Positions 12,086 through 25,595 of a DNA stretch of 64,000 bases are shown here, one piece after another. Each line of letters begins with the position of its first letter. Position 1 is the first letter of the stretch. The stretch comes from Octopus bimaculoides. Lineage: Eukaryota. Under the pieces are notes generated by a model that searched no databases, was not told the DNA's origin, and was given only the letters and a program-made list of their open reading frames with translations. Where the stretch lies: contig NC_068981.1 of assembly GCF_001194135.2 (NCBI RefSeq), forward strand, positions 120,194,214-120,258,213, written 5' to 3'. The translations under genes and the position numbers were made by a program.

Positions 12086-14685
12086 GTGAGTATATTTTTT
12101 GAGATGCTATTACTATACATAAGGGTATGTCCTTTTATATGTGAAAGCACATTTGTCTTTTAATGTAAACAACTGAGTGTAACAGTTGGTGTAACAGTAG
12201 CACACTTGTTGCGAAAACATAGAGTTATGGGTTTGAGTCCCATGTGTATAGAAAACCCACGTTTACTGTCAAGGGCTTATATGCCCCAAAATTAGACTAT
12301 TTTCTTTAATCAATGCACAGTGACCACTTATAAGCTTTAAAGCTTATAAAGAAAATATTATTTACAGAATTGTAAAACTCAGCACCGCTTATCAAATCAT
12401 TGCAGAAAATGCATATGCTTGCTTGTTTGTTTATATAAACAACTGTATTTTAGAATAGGTGAAGGCACATGGCCTAGTGGTTAGGATGTTGCACTCATAA
12501 TCACAAAATTTTGGTTTCAATTCCCAAACTGACAGAGCATTGTGTTCTTGAGCAAAACACTTCATTTCATATTGCTGCAGTTCACTCAGCTGTAAATAGG
12601 TTACCCTGCAACAAACTGGCATTAAGCTCATGGGGAATATGGGCCTGCCCACCTAGCCAGTGGGTTGGCATCATTTGAAAGTTACAACGTGAGGAAGTGC
12701 ATTGTGACTAGGAGTATATAACAACATCTAATAGTTTGGTCGGTTAATAAAGTGATACAGTGACAATGATTTCAGAATAGGTATAAGAAAATACTCCTGC
12801 CATTGAAGTCTCTTTAGCCTAAAAAATATGAAAGTACTGTTGAAAGTATTGTAGATATTAGATACAGATATTTGCTCACACATTCAATTTTTTTCTAGGG
12901 TGGCTTTCCTTCATGGATGCTTTCAAGTACCTCAAATATGACACTACGTACCATGGATCCAGGTATGTCTGTTAAACATTCTATAGTTCAGTTTAATCAA
13001 ACCAGGTTCTTTCTAGGTTGAAACACTTGATATTTTTTAAAGGAAATAAATGTCACAGTCCTTCATTAGCTCCTTTGTGAAACCCCATTGCTTGAGGCAA
13101 GGCTTCACCACTTCTATCCATGTTTTCTTCAGAATCTCTTGGCCCCATGTTCCATCCATTTGGCATTGTTTGGTATGATACATGTAGAAGGAACCCAATT
13201 ATTATTCTTCAAATATATCTATACCAGCACAATCTTCTTTCTTGTACTCTGTGGCTGATACCTCTAATGCACAGTTTTCCTCTCACCTCTCTTATTCTCT
13301 GTTGTTCATGTATGGTGATATTCACAACCAGTTGAGTATGCTCACCTCATTTCTTTCCAACCTTCACATATCCTTCACATTCAGCAACCCTGTCATGTTA
13401 CCATGTAATGTTGCACTTTTTACACAAGCAGGATACAATCTGCCTTTGATTCAGAGAAAAAAGCTCTTTGTTGCCAACTGAAGTTGTAGCTCCCTGAACT
13501 TGTTCCACCTCATCCTTATGCTGATTACTATGCTTGTGCAATACCTTGCTCTGAAAGGATTACCCTCGGTAACAAAAGCTTTTAACCACTACTGGTGAAC
13601 CTTCTGGGCAACTGGGTCTTCATTTCTAGGGTATTGTTACTACTAACTGTTCTTGTGAATTTTTTACATATGAAGTCCTTCTTCTCTGTCAACCAGCCTG
13701 TGATCCCACTGAACTTTTGTGTATACATTGTTTGCATTGTGTAGCCAGTACTTTTTACTTATTCCCTTTCTTCATATTGAATATGACCACTTCCCAGTTG
13801 AGTATTTGCCAGTTCCAGAAACTGGTTCTATATTTGGGATTTTTCCCTTAAATCTTTAGTAGATTCAGCTGAGAACTAAACAGCCAATTTTGAACTCCTC
13901 TCCTATAGCCAGGAGGATTGTAATAAACAGCAAGGGGCTGAGAATGGAGGCCTGATGGATACTTACTTTCATGCTAAGTTCCTCACTGAACTTATTCCAA
14001 ACTCACATTTTGCTGACAATCACCCCTGTGCATTGCTTGCATGATTCTAGTACATTATTCCTCTACCTGCAGTTTTCTTGAGATCTGTTCAGCTCATCCC
14101 TCTATACACTTCTTATTCTTGAGACTCTTATACAAACCCTATGGAGAAATTGCATAAAAAGACATTTGTTTACAACTGTCCACTGAATTTAAGTTTAATT
14201 TACATATACAGTGTTGACTGAAATCTATAGATTTATTCTATATTAGATTATAGTCCATGTCAGTACTCTCAGGAGCTGCTAATCTCTTTATTAGTATGCC
14301 TGCACTTCTTGTGCACCCATTGTTTACATTGGATAAACTGCATGTGATTTCCTACCTATGCTTTTCCTTGAAGGTACCAGGGTCCTGTCCTCTCTTCTAC
14401 TTACTAATACTTTAGGTTTTGTTAAATTTACTTTGAGGCCTCTTGATTCTTGGTTCTAATTCAGGTCTGGAATTGTTTTGCCTAAACCAACTACTGGTTC
14501 AGTTATATGAACTGGTTTAGTTATATGAGGTCATCAGCATAGACGTGTTCCCATGACAGCTCATAAAGCTTTGGTTGCACTGGGTTAGTATGGTACCACT
14601 CATTGGAATTGAAATTGAAACCATACAGCTGTACCAGTGCCTATATGTATGTATGTATGTGTTTATGCATGTATGCATATACGTT

Positions 14686-14769
<84 letters not shown>

Positions 14770-17188
14770 TATGCCCATGTGTCTGTATATATTTGTACAT
14801 ATATATAGTTATATTTAAGAAAGAATACGAGATGAACTCCTATTTTCCTGTAGAAGTGCTCAAGAATTTCAGACTTGGGACAAAAGATATATATATAAGT
14901 GATGATAACACCAAATAATTCAGTCCACAAACAATAGTCCAACTCACTTTCATCAATATAAATGATATAGAAGAATCACCAGAAGCACATACTTAATTAT
15001 TACATAGAATATATTAAAATACATAGATACATTAAAAATATATAGAACATATTTAATATGCACACTCTATACTATAACCAGGCTTTAAAACTAAGTGACT
15101 TCCTTGATGAAATATACTACATCCATGACACTAAACTTAAAATAGAAATAGCAAACCTATATCCGGACAAGAGTTCAGAACCTATTAAAATTGTCTCTAA
15201 TCCAGATCAACTAAATAAACCAAATATAATTCATCGTAATTGAACTTATTGGCAACCAAGATCTTATAATTATAACCCTTCACATAATAATATGCTCAAG
15301 CTAGCCACTGAATTGAGAAAATGCAAATTTCTTTGGTACACCCCTCCCTTCTCCCTTCAAATAAAACTCTTACCTTTAAGATTTTAGAATCAAACTCCCC
15401 ACTACATCACAAGTACTACCCCATATCTAATAAATCAACAGTGAAAAGTTCTTATTCAACTACACCTAATTTAGGATCTATAATAGCATCAATTAACAAA
15501 TCTAAAATTCAATCTCAATTGTACACACAAGAACCAATAAAGTACATCATTTTAGACCTGACTAAGTAGTTGAAACTTGCAATTCTAATGTGCTTGCCCT
15601 ATCTGAAACAAATTCGATCAATCTAAACACTCCCCGTTTGCCACACAACAACCTATTGCCTCTAATTCCACCAAAACTGAAGACCATACGCCAAATTAGT
15701 AGAAGAAAAAACTGTAATTGTCAAGATCCTGAATCTTGTCCCCTAGTGGGATTTTGTATTTATAAAAATGTTATATACAAATATTGTGCATTAACACATG
15801 GAGCACAAGTAAAGACCTGTATTGATAGCACTACAGATTTCAAATGTAGGTATTGACCACATTTAAACTCTTTCAAAAATCCTAATTATAAAACTTCAAC
15901 TACACTAGCTAAACATTCATTATCTTTAGTCAAGAAACATGAAATATACACTGGCATAGTCTATTGTAATGGGAGCTCCCCATTATAACACAAAATTGGG
16001 CAACTAACCCCCAAACAATTAACCCCCAGAAACAGCCTTCTTCCTGAATTTTTATCTTTCATTTCATTATTTCATTTTTATTCTGTGAGTGAGACCACTT
16101 TTTTATACATATACATTCATACATCTTTGATATATTTTAATATATTTATGTATCAATGTTTACATCTGTATATTTTTAAATGTATTTATATATTTTTAAT
16201 ATATCTATATATTTATACATTTTTAATGTATCTATGTATTTTAATATATTCTATGTAATAATTAAATTTATGCTTCTGGTGATTCTTCTATATCAATTCT
16301 ATTGATGAAAGTGAGTTGGATTATTGTCTGTGGACTGAATTATCTGGTGTTATCCTCACTTATATATATACACAGACACAAATATATATGCGTGTGTGTG
16401 TGTGTGTATGAATCTATATATTTACGCATGTATAGATATATACACACATAAGGAAGTTGGTTATATCTTTGAGGAGTGGTTAACAAATGGTTCATCAGGA
16501 GATTCTCTCCCTCTTTTATTTTTTTTGTTTGTATATCAATAACATAGGGGAAAAAATGTGTTTACATTCTTATTTAACTCACAGTGAGGCTTTATAATAT
16601 TTATATTTGTTTCAGTTCTTTTGATTTATTCTGTATTGTGCATATCATCATCATCATCATCATCGTTTAACGTCCGCCTTCCATGCTAGCATGGGTTGGA
16701 CGATTTGACTGAGGACTGGTGAAACCGGATGGCAACACCAGGCTCCAATCTAATTTGGCAGAGTTTCTACAGCTGGATGCCCTTCCTAACGCCAACCACT
16801 CAGAGAGTGTAGTGGGTGCTTTTACGTGTCACCCACATGAAAACGGCCACGCTCGAAATGGTGTCTTTTATGTGCCACCCGCACAAGAGCCAGTCCAGGG
16901 GCACTGGCAACGATCTCGCTCGAAAAACCTCATGTGTCACCCGCACAAGAGACAGCCCAGGGGCACCGGCAACGATCCCGCTCGGAAGATTTCATGTGTC
17001 GTCCGCACATGAGCCAATCCAGGGGCACTGGCAACGATCCTGCTCGAAAGACTTCATGTGTCACCCGCACAAGAGCCAGCCCAGGGGCACCGGCAACGAT
17101 CCCGCCCGAAAGATTCCATGTGTACATATACAAATATGTATATGTGTATGTATGTTTGCATATGTATATGTAAATATCTGTGTGTGTA

Positions 17189-17225
<37 letters not shown>

Positions 17226-18606
17226 GATTTTTCTATTTCTTTAGTATATCTCAAGTATGTGGATGAGTGGCTTGATAAACTGCTTCCGTTGCTGAAGCCC
17301 ATGTTATATTTAAATGGTGGTCCTGTCATTATGGTTCAAGTAAGTTAAAATAAGATCTTGTTGCTTGTTTGGTGTTATCTTTTATTTTTCATCTTTTATT
17401 TGTTTCAGTCATTTAACTGTGGCCATGCTGGGGCACTGCCTTGAAGGGTTTTAGTTAAGCAAACTGACCCCAGGTCTTATTTTTTTTTAAGCCTAGTATT
17501 TATTCTATCAGTTTCTTTTGCCAAACCACTAAGCTATAGGGATGCAAACATACCAACACTGGTTGTTAAATGGTGTTGAGGGGACAAACACACACATATG
17601 ATGTGCTTCTTTCAGTTTTTGTGTACCAAATCCACTCATAAGGCTTTGGTCAGTCTGAGGCTACTGTAGAAGACGCTTGCCCAATGTGCTACGCAGTGGG
17701 ACTGAACCTGAAACCATGTAGTTGAGAAGCAAGCTTCTTACCACACAACCATGCCTGTGGATATATTTTGTTGGCTGCGTGAATAATAACAGTATCAAAA
17801 CCTGTGAATATTTAACTGAAATATTTTTCATTGGACTTAAAGGATATTTGTTGTTGGCCATTTATAATTAATGACATTAATAATTATGCACTGGGAGAGA
17901 GACAACTGCTCTGAAATTACAGAAGGCTTTCTGTGTGACAACATACGATTGACCCAAAAATATATAATGTCAACTACGCAAATCTCCATGGTGACAAAGG
18001 TCCTTGGCTGTCTGTGTAAATGTCTGGAACTGTCAGAGTGGCAAGAATGGTGGCACATGTCACTCAGCTACTTTCAATATTCTGCAAAGAGTTTAGGCTC
18101 AAGAAGTGGTCTTTTATAGGGTACAAGAAAAATATTCTAGAAAATTAAATCATGGCACAAATTCATGTTGATTGATTGCTTAATAAATCAATCACATAAA
18201 ATTGCAGTGGTTTGCTCATGGTATCTGATTGGTTATCTAGTGGTTAGGTTTCAAATCACCACTGCAGTCTTTTTTTAAACATCATTATATGTCATTCTGG
18301 TTTCATATTAAGTAATTGAACCCCTATTTTGGTCCTTTGATGTCTTTAGTAGAGTCCACTCTGATGCTGGTATTAGGACAAATTGTTCAGTTTTCTATCT
18401 AAAGGTAGATTAATTACCATTATGATGTGCTGCTTTCACCCAGGGCAATCCATGAGTCCTGGTTACTTCCTCTACATTTCTCTATGAGTCACAAGGATAA
18501 AAGAAAGTTCATAGATGCTGCACTCACTCCTTTTATTAAATCATATAAGTGTGCATGTGTGTCTGTCTTTGTGTGTGTGTGTGTGTATGTGCACATCCGT
18601 ATGAAT

Positions 18607-18659
<53 letters not shown>

Positions 18660-21600
18660 NNNNNNNNNNNNNNNNNNNNNNNNNNNNNNNNNNNNNNNNN
18701 NNNNNNNNNNNNNNNNNNNNNNNNNNNNNNNNNNNNNNNNNNNNNNNNNNNNNNNNNNNNNNNNNNNNNNNNNNNNNNNNNNNNNNNNNNNNNNNNNNNN
18801 NNNNNNNNNNNNNNNNNNNNNNNNNNNNNNNNNNNNNNNNNNNNNNNNNNNNNNNNNNNNNNNNNNNNNNNNNNNNNNNNNNNNNNNNNNNNNNNNNNNN
18901 NNNNNNNNNNNNNNNNNNNNNNNNNNNNNNNNNNNNNNNNNNNNNNNNNNNNNNNNNNNNNNNNNNNNNNNNNNNNNNNNNNNNNNNNNNNNNNNNNNNN
19001 NNNNNNNNNNNNNNNNNNNNNNNNNNNNNNNNNNNNNNNNNNNNNNNNNNNNNNNNNNNNNNNNNNNNNNNNNNNNNNNNNNNNNNNNNNNNNNNNNNNN
19101 NNNNNNNNNNNNNNNNNNNNNNNNNNNNNNNNNNNNNNNNNNNNNNNNNNNNNNNNNNNNNNNNNNNGTTCCGTCTACCAATTCCAAAGGCAGAACCTGG
19201 AGCCATGTGGTTGGGAAACAGACTTCTTACCACACAGCCCTATTTGCACCTTTAATATGCTAACAAAATGTTTTTAACGATCATGTTACATGTAGTTATT
19301 AAGTTAGTTCTTAATCATACATGTTCATCTGTGACTATATTAATTGATAAACATTTTATTTAAATTTTACATCCATTAGGCGCAGGCATGGCTGTGTGGT
19401 GAGAAATTTGCTTTTCAACCACATGGTTCTGGGTTCAGTCCCACTGTGCAGCACCTTAGGCAGGTGTCTTCTACAATAGCCTCAAGCTGATTGATGCTTG
19501 GTGAGTGAATTTGGTTGACTGAAACTATCTGGATACCTATTGTGTGTGCATGTGCATGTGCATGCACACACGCATGTGTGTTTACCCCCACCCACACCAC
19601 CTGGCAACTGGTGTTGGTTTGTCTATGCCACTGTAACTCAGTGGTTCTGCAAAAGAGACCAATAGAGAATGTACCAGACTTAAAAATAAATACTGGGGCA
19701 ATCTTTTCAACTAAAACCCATCAAGGCAATGCTCCAGCATGGCCACAGTGCAGAGACTGAAACTAGCAAAAGATTTAAGATAAAAGGATTTCAAGAGATA
19801 TCATTTTTGTTTTTATTAGACTTCATAAGCACTAATCTGAATCAGATAAAAGAGTCAGGACTACCCACACCTGATATTACTTAACACAGTGTTTCTCAAC
19901 CATTTTTTGCCGATGGATCCCTTTGATTCCTATAATACTCCACTGGACATCTATAGCCATTTGTTGTGTATAAAAAAAATCCTATTGTATTTTTATAATT
20001 ACATATTATTAAGACTGAAGGCTAGTCAGGCGTTGCCAGTACCGCCTGACTGGCCATCATGCTGGTGGTATGTAAAAGCACCCACTACACTCTCAGAATG
20101 GTTGGCGTTAGGAAGGGCATCCAGCCGTAGAAACTCTGCCAAATCAGATTGGAGCCTGGTGCAGCCATCTGGCTCACCAGTCCTCAGTCAAATCATCCAA
20201 CCCATGCTAGCATGGAAAGCGGACGTTAAATGATGATGATGATAGGAATTGTGTTAAAAAACTATTAAAATATTTTGTGTGTTGTAGAAGTATAAGCGAC
20301 TTATTGTGCGTAAATTTTAATAATAAAATCTTACGAGGGGGTGCTGAAAAGTTCCTGGCTTTAAAGGTATCATGAAAGGCCTGGTTGGAGGTCCAATCTT
20401 TTGAGTTCTTTTACAGGGCTTAGAAAAATTGAAGGACGGCTGCAATAAGTGTGGGAATCTAAGGGGGGAATGTATTGGATAAAATCATAATTAACTGATC
20501 GTCCTGTGTTTTCTTTTACCCAAAGGCAGGAACTTTTCAGCACCCTGTTATATATGAACTCCTAAGTCCCATATTGACCCCAATAGAGAAACACTGACTT
20601 AATAGTTATTTCGTAGCAATTTTTTGTTTTGTTTGTTGATTTTTCAAAATTCTTTCTTTTTTAGGTAGAGAATGAGTACGGCAGCTACTTTGCATGTGAC
20701 CATGAATATATAAGGCATTTAGAGGGAAAAGTTAATCAAGCATTTGAAAACAAAGCCTTTCTGTTCACAACTGATGGAAATTCTGTAGGCCTTATGAAAT
20801 GTGGTGCTTTGCAAGGGATGTATGCTACTTGTGACTTTGGTGTAACAAGTAAGTTTAGAACATTTAACCCCTTTAATACCATCCCACCCAAACCACCCCC
20901 AGTTGTACAATACTAACTTCTTGTTTAACATGGTGCAGGCATGGCTGTATGGTAAAAGGTTTGCTTTCCAACCACATGCTTCCAGGACCAGTCCCACTGC
21001 ATGGCAAATGGATTTGGTAGATGGAAACTGAAAGAAGCCCGTCGTATCTATCTATCTATCTATTTATCTATCTTCCTTCCTTCTGTCCTTCCTTCCTTCC
21101 TCCCTTCCTTCCTTCCTTTCTTTCTTTCTTTCTTTCTTTGTCATTATTAAGCTGTCATTTGGGACATAAATTAACATTAAATTTTGGTGGATAGTTTTAA
21201 TTTAGCCCATGTTCCGTTATTCATTTACTTGTTTCAGTCATTTGACTGCTATCTTGCTAGATAGATAGATAGATAGATAGACTGAAACAATTAAAAGAAT
21301 AACGGAACATGATCTAAATTAAAACCATCCATCAAAATTTAATGTTAATTTATGTCCTAGACGTCAGCTTAATAATGACAAAATTATATTACTAAATTCA
21401 TTTTATTTACAAAATTAATTGAAATATAATCAGTGTATTTTAACAGAAATATAGTAATAAAAGGATTAACAATTAGTGTGGCCATACTGGGATATCGCTT
21501 TGAAGAATTTTTAGTTGAATTGATCAACCCAAGTACTAACTTTTTTGTGAAGCCTTGTACTAATTCTATTGGTCTCTTTAGCTGAACCATTAAGTTAAGG

Positions 21601-21674
21601 GTATGTAAACACACCAGCAACAGTTGCCAAGCAGTGGTGGGGGACAAACACAGACATGAAGACACAAATGCACA

Positions 21675-21711
<37 letters not shown>

Positions 21712-22063
21712 GACAGCTCCTTAAAGAAGTGCTGATTTCTCAAAGTGGATGGCACATGTTGAAGTGGGAGACCCCAGAAGACATGGGATGAAGTACTGAA
21801 GAATGACCTCAGGAAGCTGAACCTTTCAGGCATGATAAAACAGGGCCAAGATACTTGGCATCTGACCATACTCAAGAAGACCTGTAACCCACGGCAGAAG
21901 TGTTAAGACCCATGTGGTGCTAAGAAAAAGTGCCTGTGCAGTGCCACATAAAAGCTCCCAGTGTACTCTCTAAAGTGGTTGGCATTAGGAAGGGTATCCA
22001 GCCATGGAAACCATGTCAAATCAGACTGGAGTCTGGTGCAGCCTCACCAGCTTGCTAGCTCTG

Positions 22064-22109
<46 letters not shown>

Positions 22110-23211
22110 GGGTATTTATGCGTGTATGTCTTTGTGTCTGTGTTTATGTCCCTGTAACTTAGCATTTTGGTAAAACAGACTGATAAAATAAGTACTAGGC
22201 TTACAAAGAAGAAGTCCTGGGGTCAATTTTATTTGACTAAAAAGCCCTTTAAGGCAGTGCTCCAGCATGGCCACAGTCAAATGACTGGAACAAGTAAAAG
22301 AATAAAAGAATGCTCTGTGTAATTTTACTCCTTACTGAGTAGGAACCTAGTATGCTTGATTCCATGTACACTTGAGATACAGGAGCCAACTTAACTCATT
22401 TTTGATAGTGGGGTACATTCTAGAATTCTTCACACTTCATAGGATGTAGGATGCATATTTTATTTTTACTGGAGGTTGTGAGAAATGATTAAATTGTTAT
22501 TTCATCAGCAAAAATTTAATTAGCACCTTTTACCTTTTACTTCAAGAATTTTTAGTCGAATAAATCAACCCCAGTACTTGTCTTTTTTGTTAAGCCTGGT
22601 AATTCTATTGATCTCTTTTGCTGAACCACTAAGTTACAGGGATGTAAATGCACCAATACTAGTTGTCAAGTGGTTGAGGGTGGGACAAGCACAGACACAA
22701 AGACACGTCTACCAAATCCACTCACAATGCTTTGGTTAGTCTGAGGCTATGGTACGTAGAAGACACTTGCCCAAGGTTCCACACTATGGGACTGAACCTG
22801 GTACCATGTGGTTGGGAAGCAAACTTCTTACCACATAGCCAGGCATTGAAATTTAAGGACAAGAGCTGTTTCGGACTGGTTAGATTATGTAAGACTTATT
22901 TGGAAGTAATTAGGTCGTAGTTGTGAATGCTGGGCCTTATGGATGCTATAAAAAAATAGGATCACATTATATGGAAAATAGCTGTATTGCAAACTCATAC
23001 ATCTCTTATTAGCAAAGGAAAATTGGTGGTGATGATGATGGTAATTATTATTATTACATTTCAAGTTTGACTCTCTCTGAGGTTGGCTTTGCTATTCATT
23101 CTTCTAAGGTTAATAAAATAGATGTAAGTCAAGAACAGGAATTGACATGACTGTTTGTACTATTCTGCAACTAGTTTGTGGCCTTGTACACCTATGTTAG
23201 AAACCACTAAT

Positions 23212-23243
<32 letters not shown>

Positions 23244-25556
23244 TATTGTCATCATCATCCTCTTCCTCATTATCATTATGGTCTTCATCTTAGCAACAAA
23301 ACACTTCCCTCCCATGCAAAGGAGTAACTATGTGAAATGTGTAAGAACTACAATGCTACATGATAGTATAAAAATGAGTATGGAATGCAGAAGATCTTGT
23401 AAAGGCTGGAGTTAAATAAGCTGAGTATGATCTAAGTTTGCAATTTTGACTTGCATGAGACATGGAGCACAAATGAATTGAATGGCCACAAATTAAAAGC
23501 ATCAGTCAATATGTACTTGAGAATTGGATGTACAAGTATGGACACATGATGTGAATGGACAATATGCATTGAATGTAAAATGGCATTCAGACAGTGGAAG
23601 TTTCATGGGAAGAGCTGGTTAGCTTAAATATCAGGATTTTGGCTCTTACAGATGACTAGCAGAGGCACCTGGCGTTGCTCAGGAATGAAATTGTTGCTTA
23701 TCGGTACTTGGAAACTTTTAGGAAAATTAAAATGGGGATTAAATGAAACAAATGATTTACGTGAATATCCTCACAAGAGTAATTGAAATAAATGGCGATT
23801 GTGGAACCCCCCACGCACGCACGCACACACACAGTATTACACATCAGATGAAATGGACGTGTGTGTGTGTGTGACAGAGAGAGAGAGAGGTTTGTTGTCA
23901 TGTATACGTACATGCATAAATATGCATACATCTTTGTGTGTGAGTGTGTATGAGAGAGAGAGAGAGTAAATACTACGTACACAACGCTCTCTCACTTTGT
24001 CTCTCACACACACACACGCACACATACATCCAAAAATGATGGATGCATATGACAACACACCCCTTGACTCACTCACACTCTGTCTCTTACTAACACACAC
24101 ATACATAAATGTATACAAACATATTTACAAAGACACACGTGTGTGCGCGCGCGCGCACGTGTGTGTTGTGAGAGAGAGAATATTGTGAAGCTAGAGAGAG
24201 AAGCTTTTTGCCGTTGTTACGTCAATACTAGAAGTTGACATTGAGGAACCTTTTTAAAGAAGTGAATCTTAAATATAAAGCAATATTATTTATTTTTAAT
24301 AAAAAATCAAATGAAGAGCCTAACATTTATCCGAGGCCAAATTATTCATGCATCACAAGTATGGAAGCATTTGGTGAAGTCGATTTCACGTGAAAAGCGA
24401 ATACACAGACATCTCTGTTTTATATATTAAGATATAACACAAGATTGAGAAAAATATTGATATGCCATACTGCAGACATATCCAACCCATGTGATTATTA
24501 AAAGAACAGACATAAAAATAAGGATGATGATCTTACTAAAAAAAAAATAATGAAAGATCACAATCTGGGAGCTTTATAACATTTCTTCCAGACCTTTTTA
24601 CCTTGGTACCACAGACTAAGTTGCAGGAAAGCATCTGAAAAATAGCAAAAACACTATAATTGAACAGTTGTTATGAAGCAAACTCACTTGAAAGGATTGT
24701 AAGAGAGGTAAAAGCAATATGTTTGTGATGTGGATATTATTGAATTCTTTTTAATAATAATATGATGCAGTACCAGGCAGTGGCTGTCATGGCTTTTGAT
24801 CTTAACTGATTGGAAGTGTTGTCATGTACATGTTTTGTCTTGGTATACAAGATGGCTACAGCAAACATTCTGCTCAATACCACAGATTTGCTTGTCAGTT
24901 GTTTGACCTTAACCAGTTGTGCATGTCCCTTGGTGGCTGACGATATGTGCATCTCTGATCATAAGCAGAAGTAATGGGGGTGCATCATAGCCATGTGTTG
25001 AGAGGAATTCTTTGGGGTTTGAATAATTCACCTCTGGAAACATGGGTGTTTTATTCATATTGAGCTTCGTATATTTGTACCCCAGTATCACTTTGATAGT
25101 ATGCACTGCTCTCTCACTCAATAATAGTAAATGAGAAAGCAACCATACTCTTGGATATAGTTGACAGAGATCACCAAGAAAAAATGCTTTCTAATTGATG
25201 TATCGATACCAACAGATGACAATGTTTCTCTAAAAGAAATGGAGAAACTTTCGAAATACAAAGATTTGGAAATAGAGGTAACTCAAATGTGGAACCTAAA
25301 AACAGAAATAATTCCTATCATAGTAGGCGCATTAGGTATGATAGAAAAACATTCAAACAATTAAGTAACAAAAATACCAGGACTTACAAGTATATATAAG
25401 ATACAGAAAATAGCACTACTAGGCACCATACACATCCTATATAAAACACTTTCAATACAGTGAAAATGAGAGCACCACAACAAACCACAGCACATACCCA
25501 AGGCACACAGAGCTGTGCTCAGTAGTGCAGTGAAAACACATGATAAAAATAAGACC

Positions 25557-25595
<39 letters not shown>

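Noticed and set aside
12328-12349. 22-bp perfect palindrome TTATAAGCTTTAAAGCTTATAA
   Set aside because: Short, AT-rich, single-copy and with no supporting context.
16871-17120. CRISPR-like repeat array
   Set aside because: The units are contiguous homologous repeats without unique spacers, lie inside an RTE 3' UTR in an animal genome, and have no cas genes.
17245-17339. Elastin-binding-protein (S-Gal)-type isoform using exon 5 in the shifted frame, as in human
   Set aside because: The shifted frame hits TGA at 17264-17266.
19378-19450. tRNA genes at SINE heads (also near 12200, 12460, 29170, 42752)
   Set aside because: A/B-box-like heads run into SINE bodies and lack a full cloverleaf.
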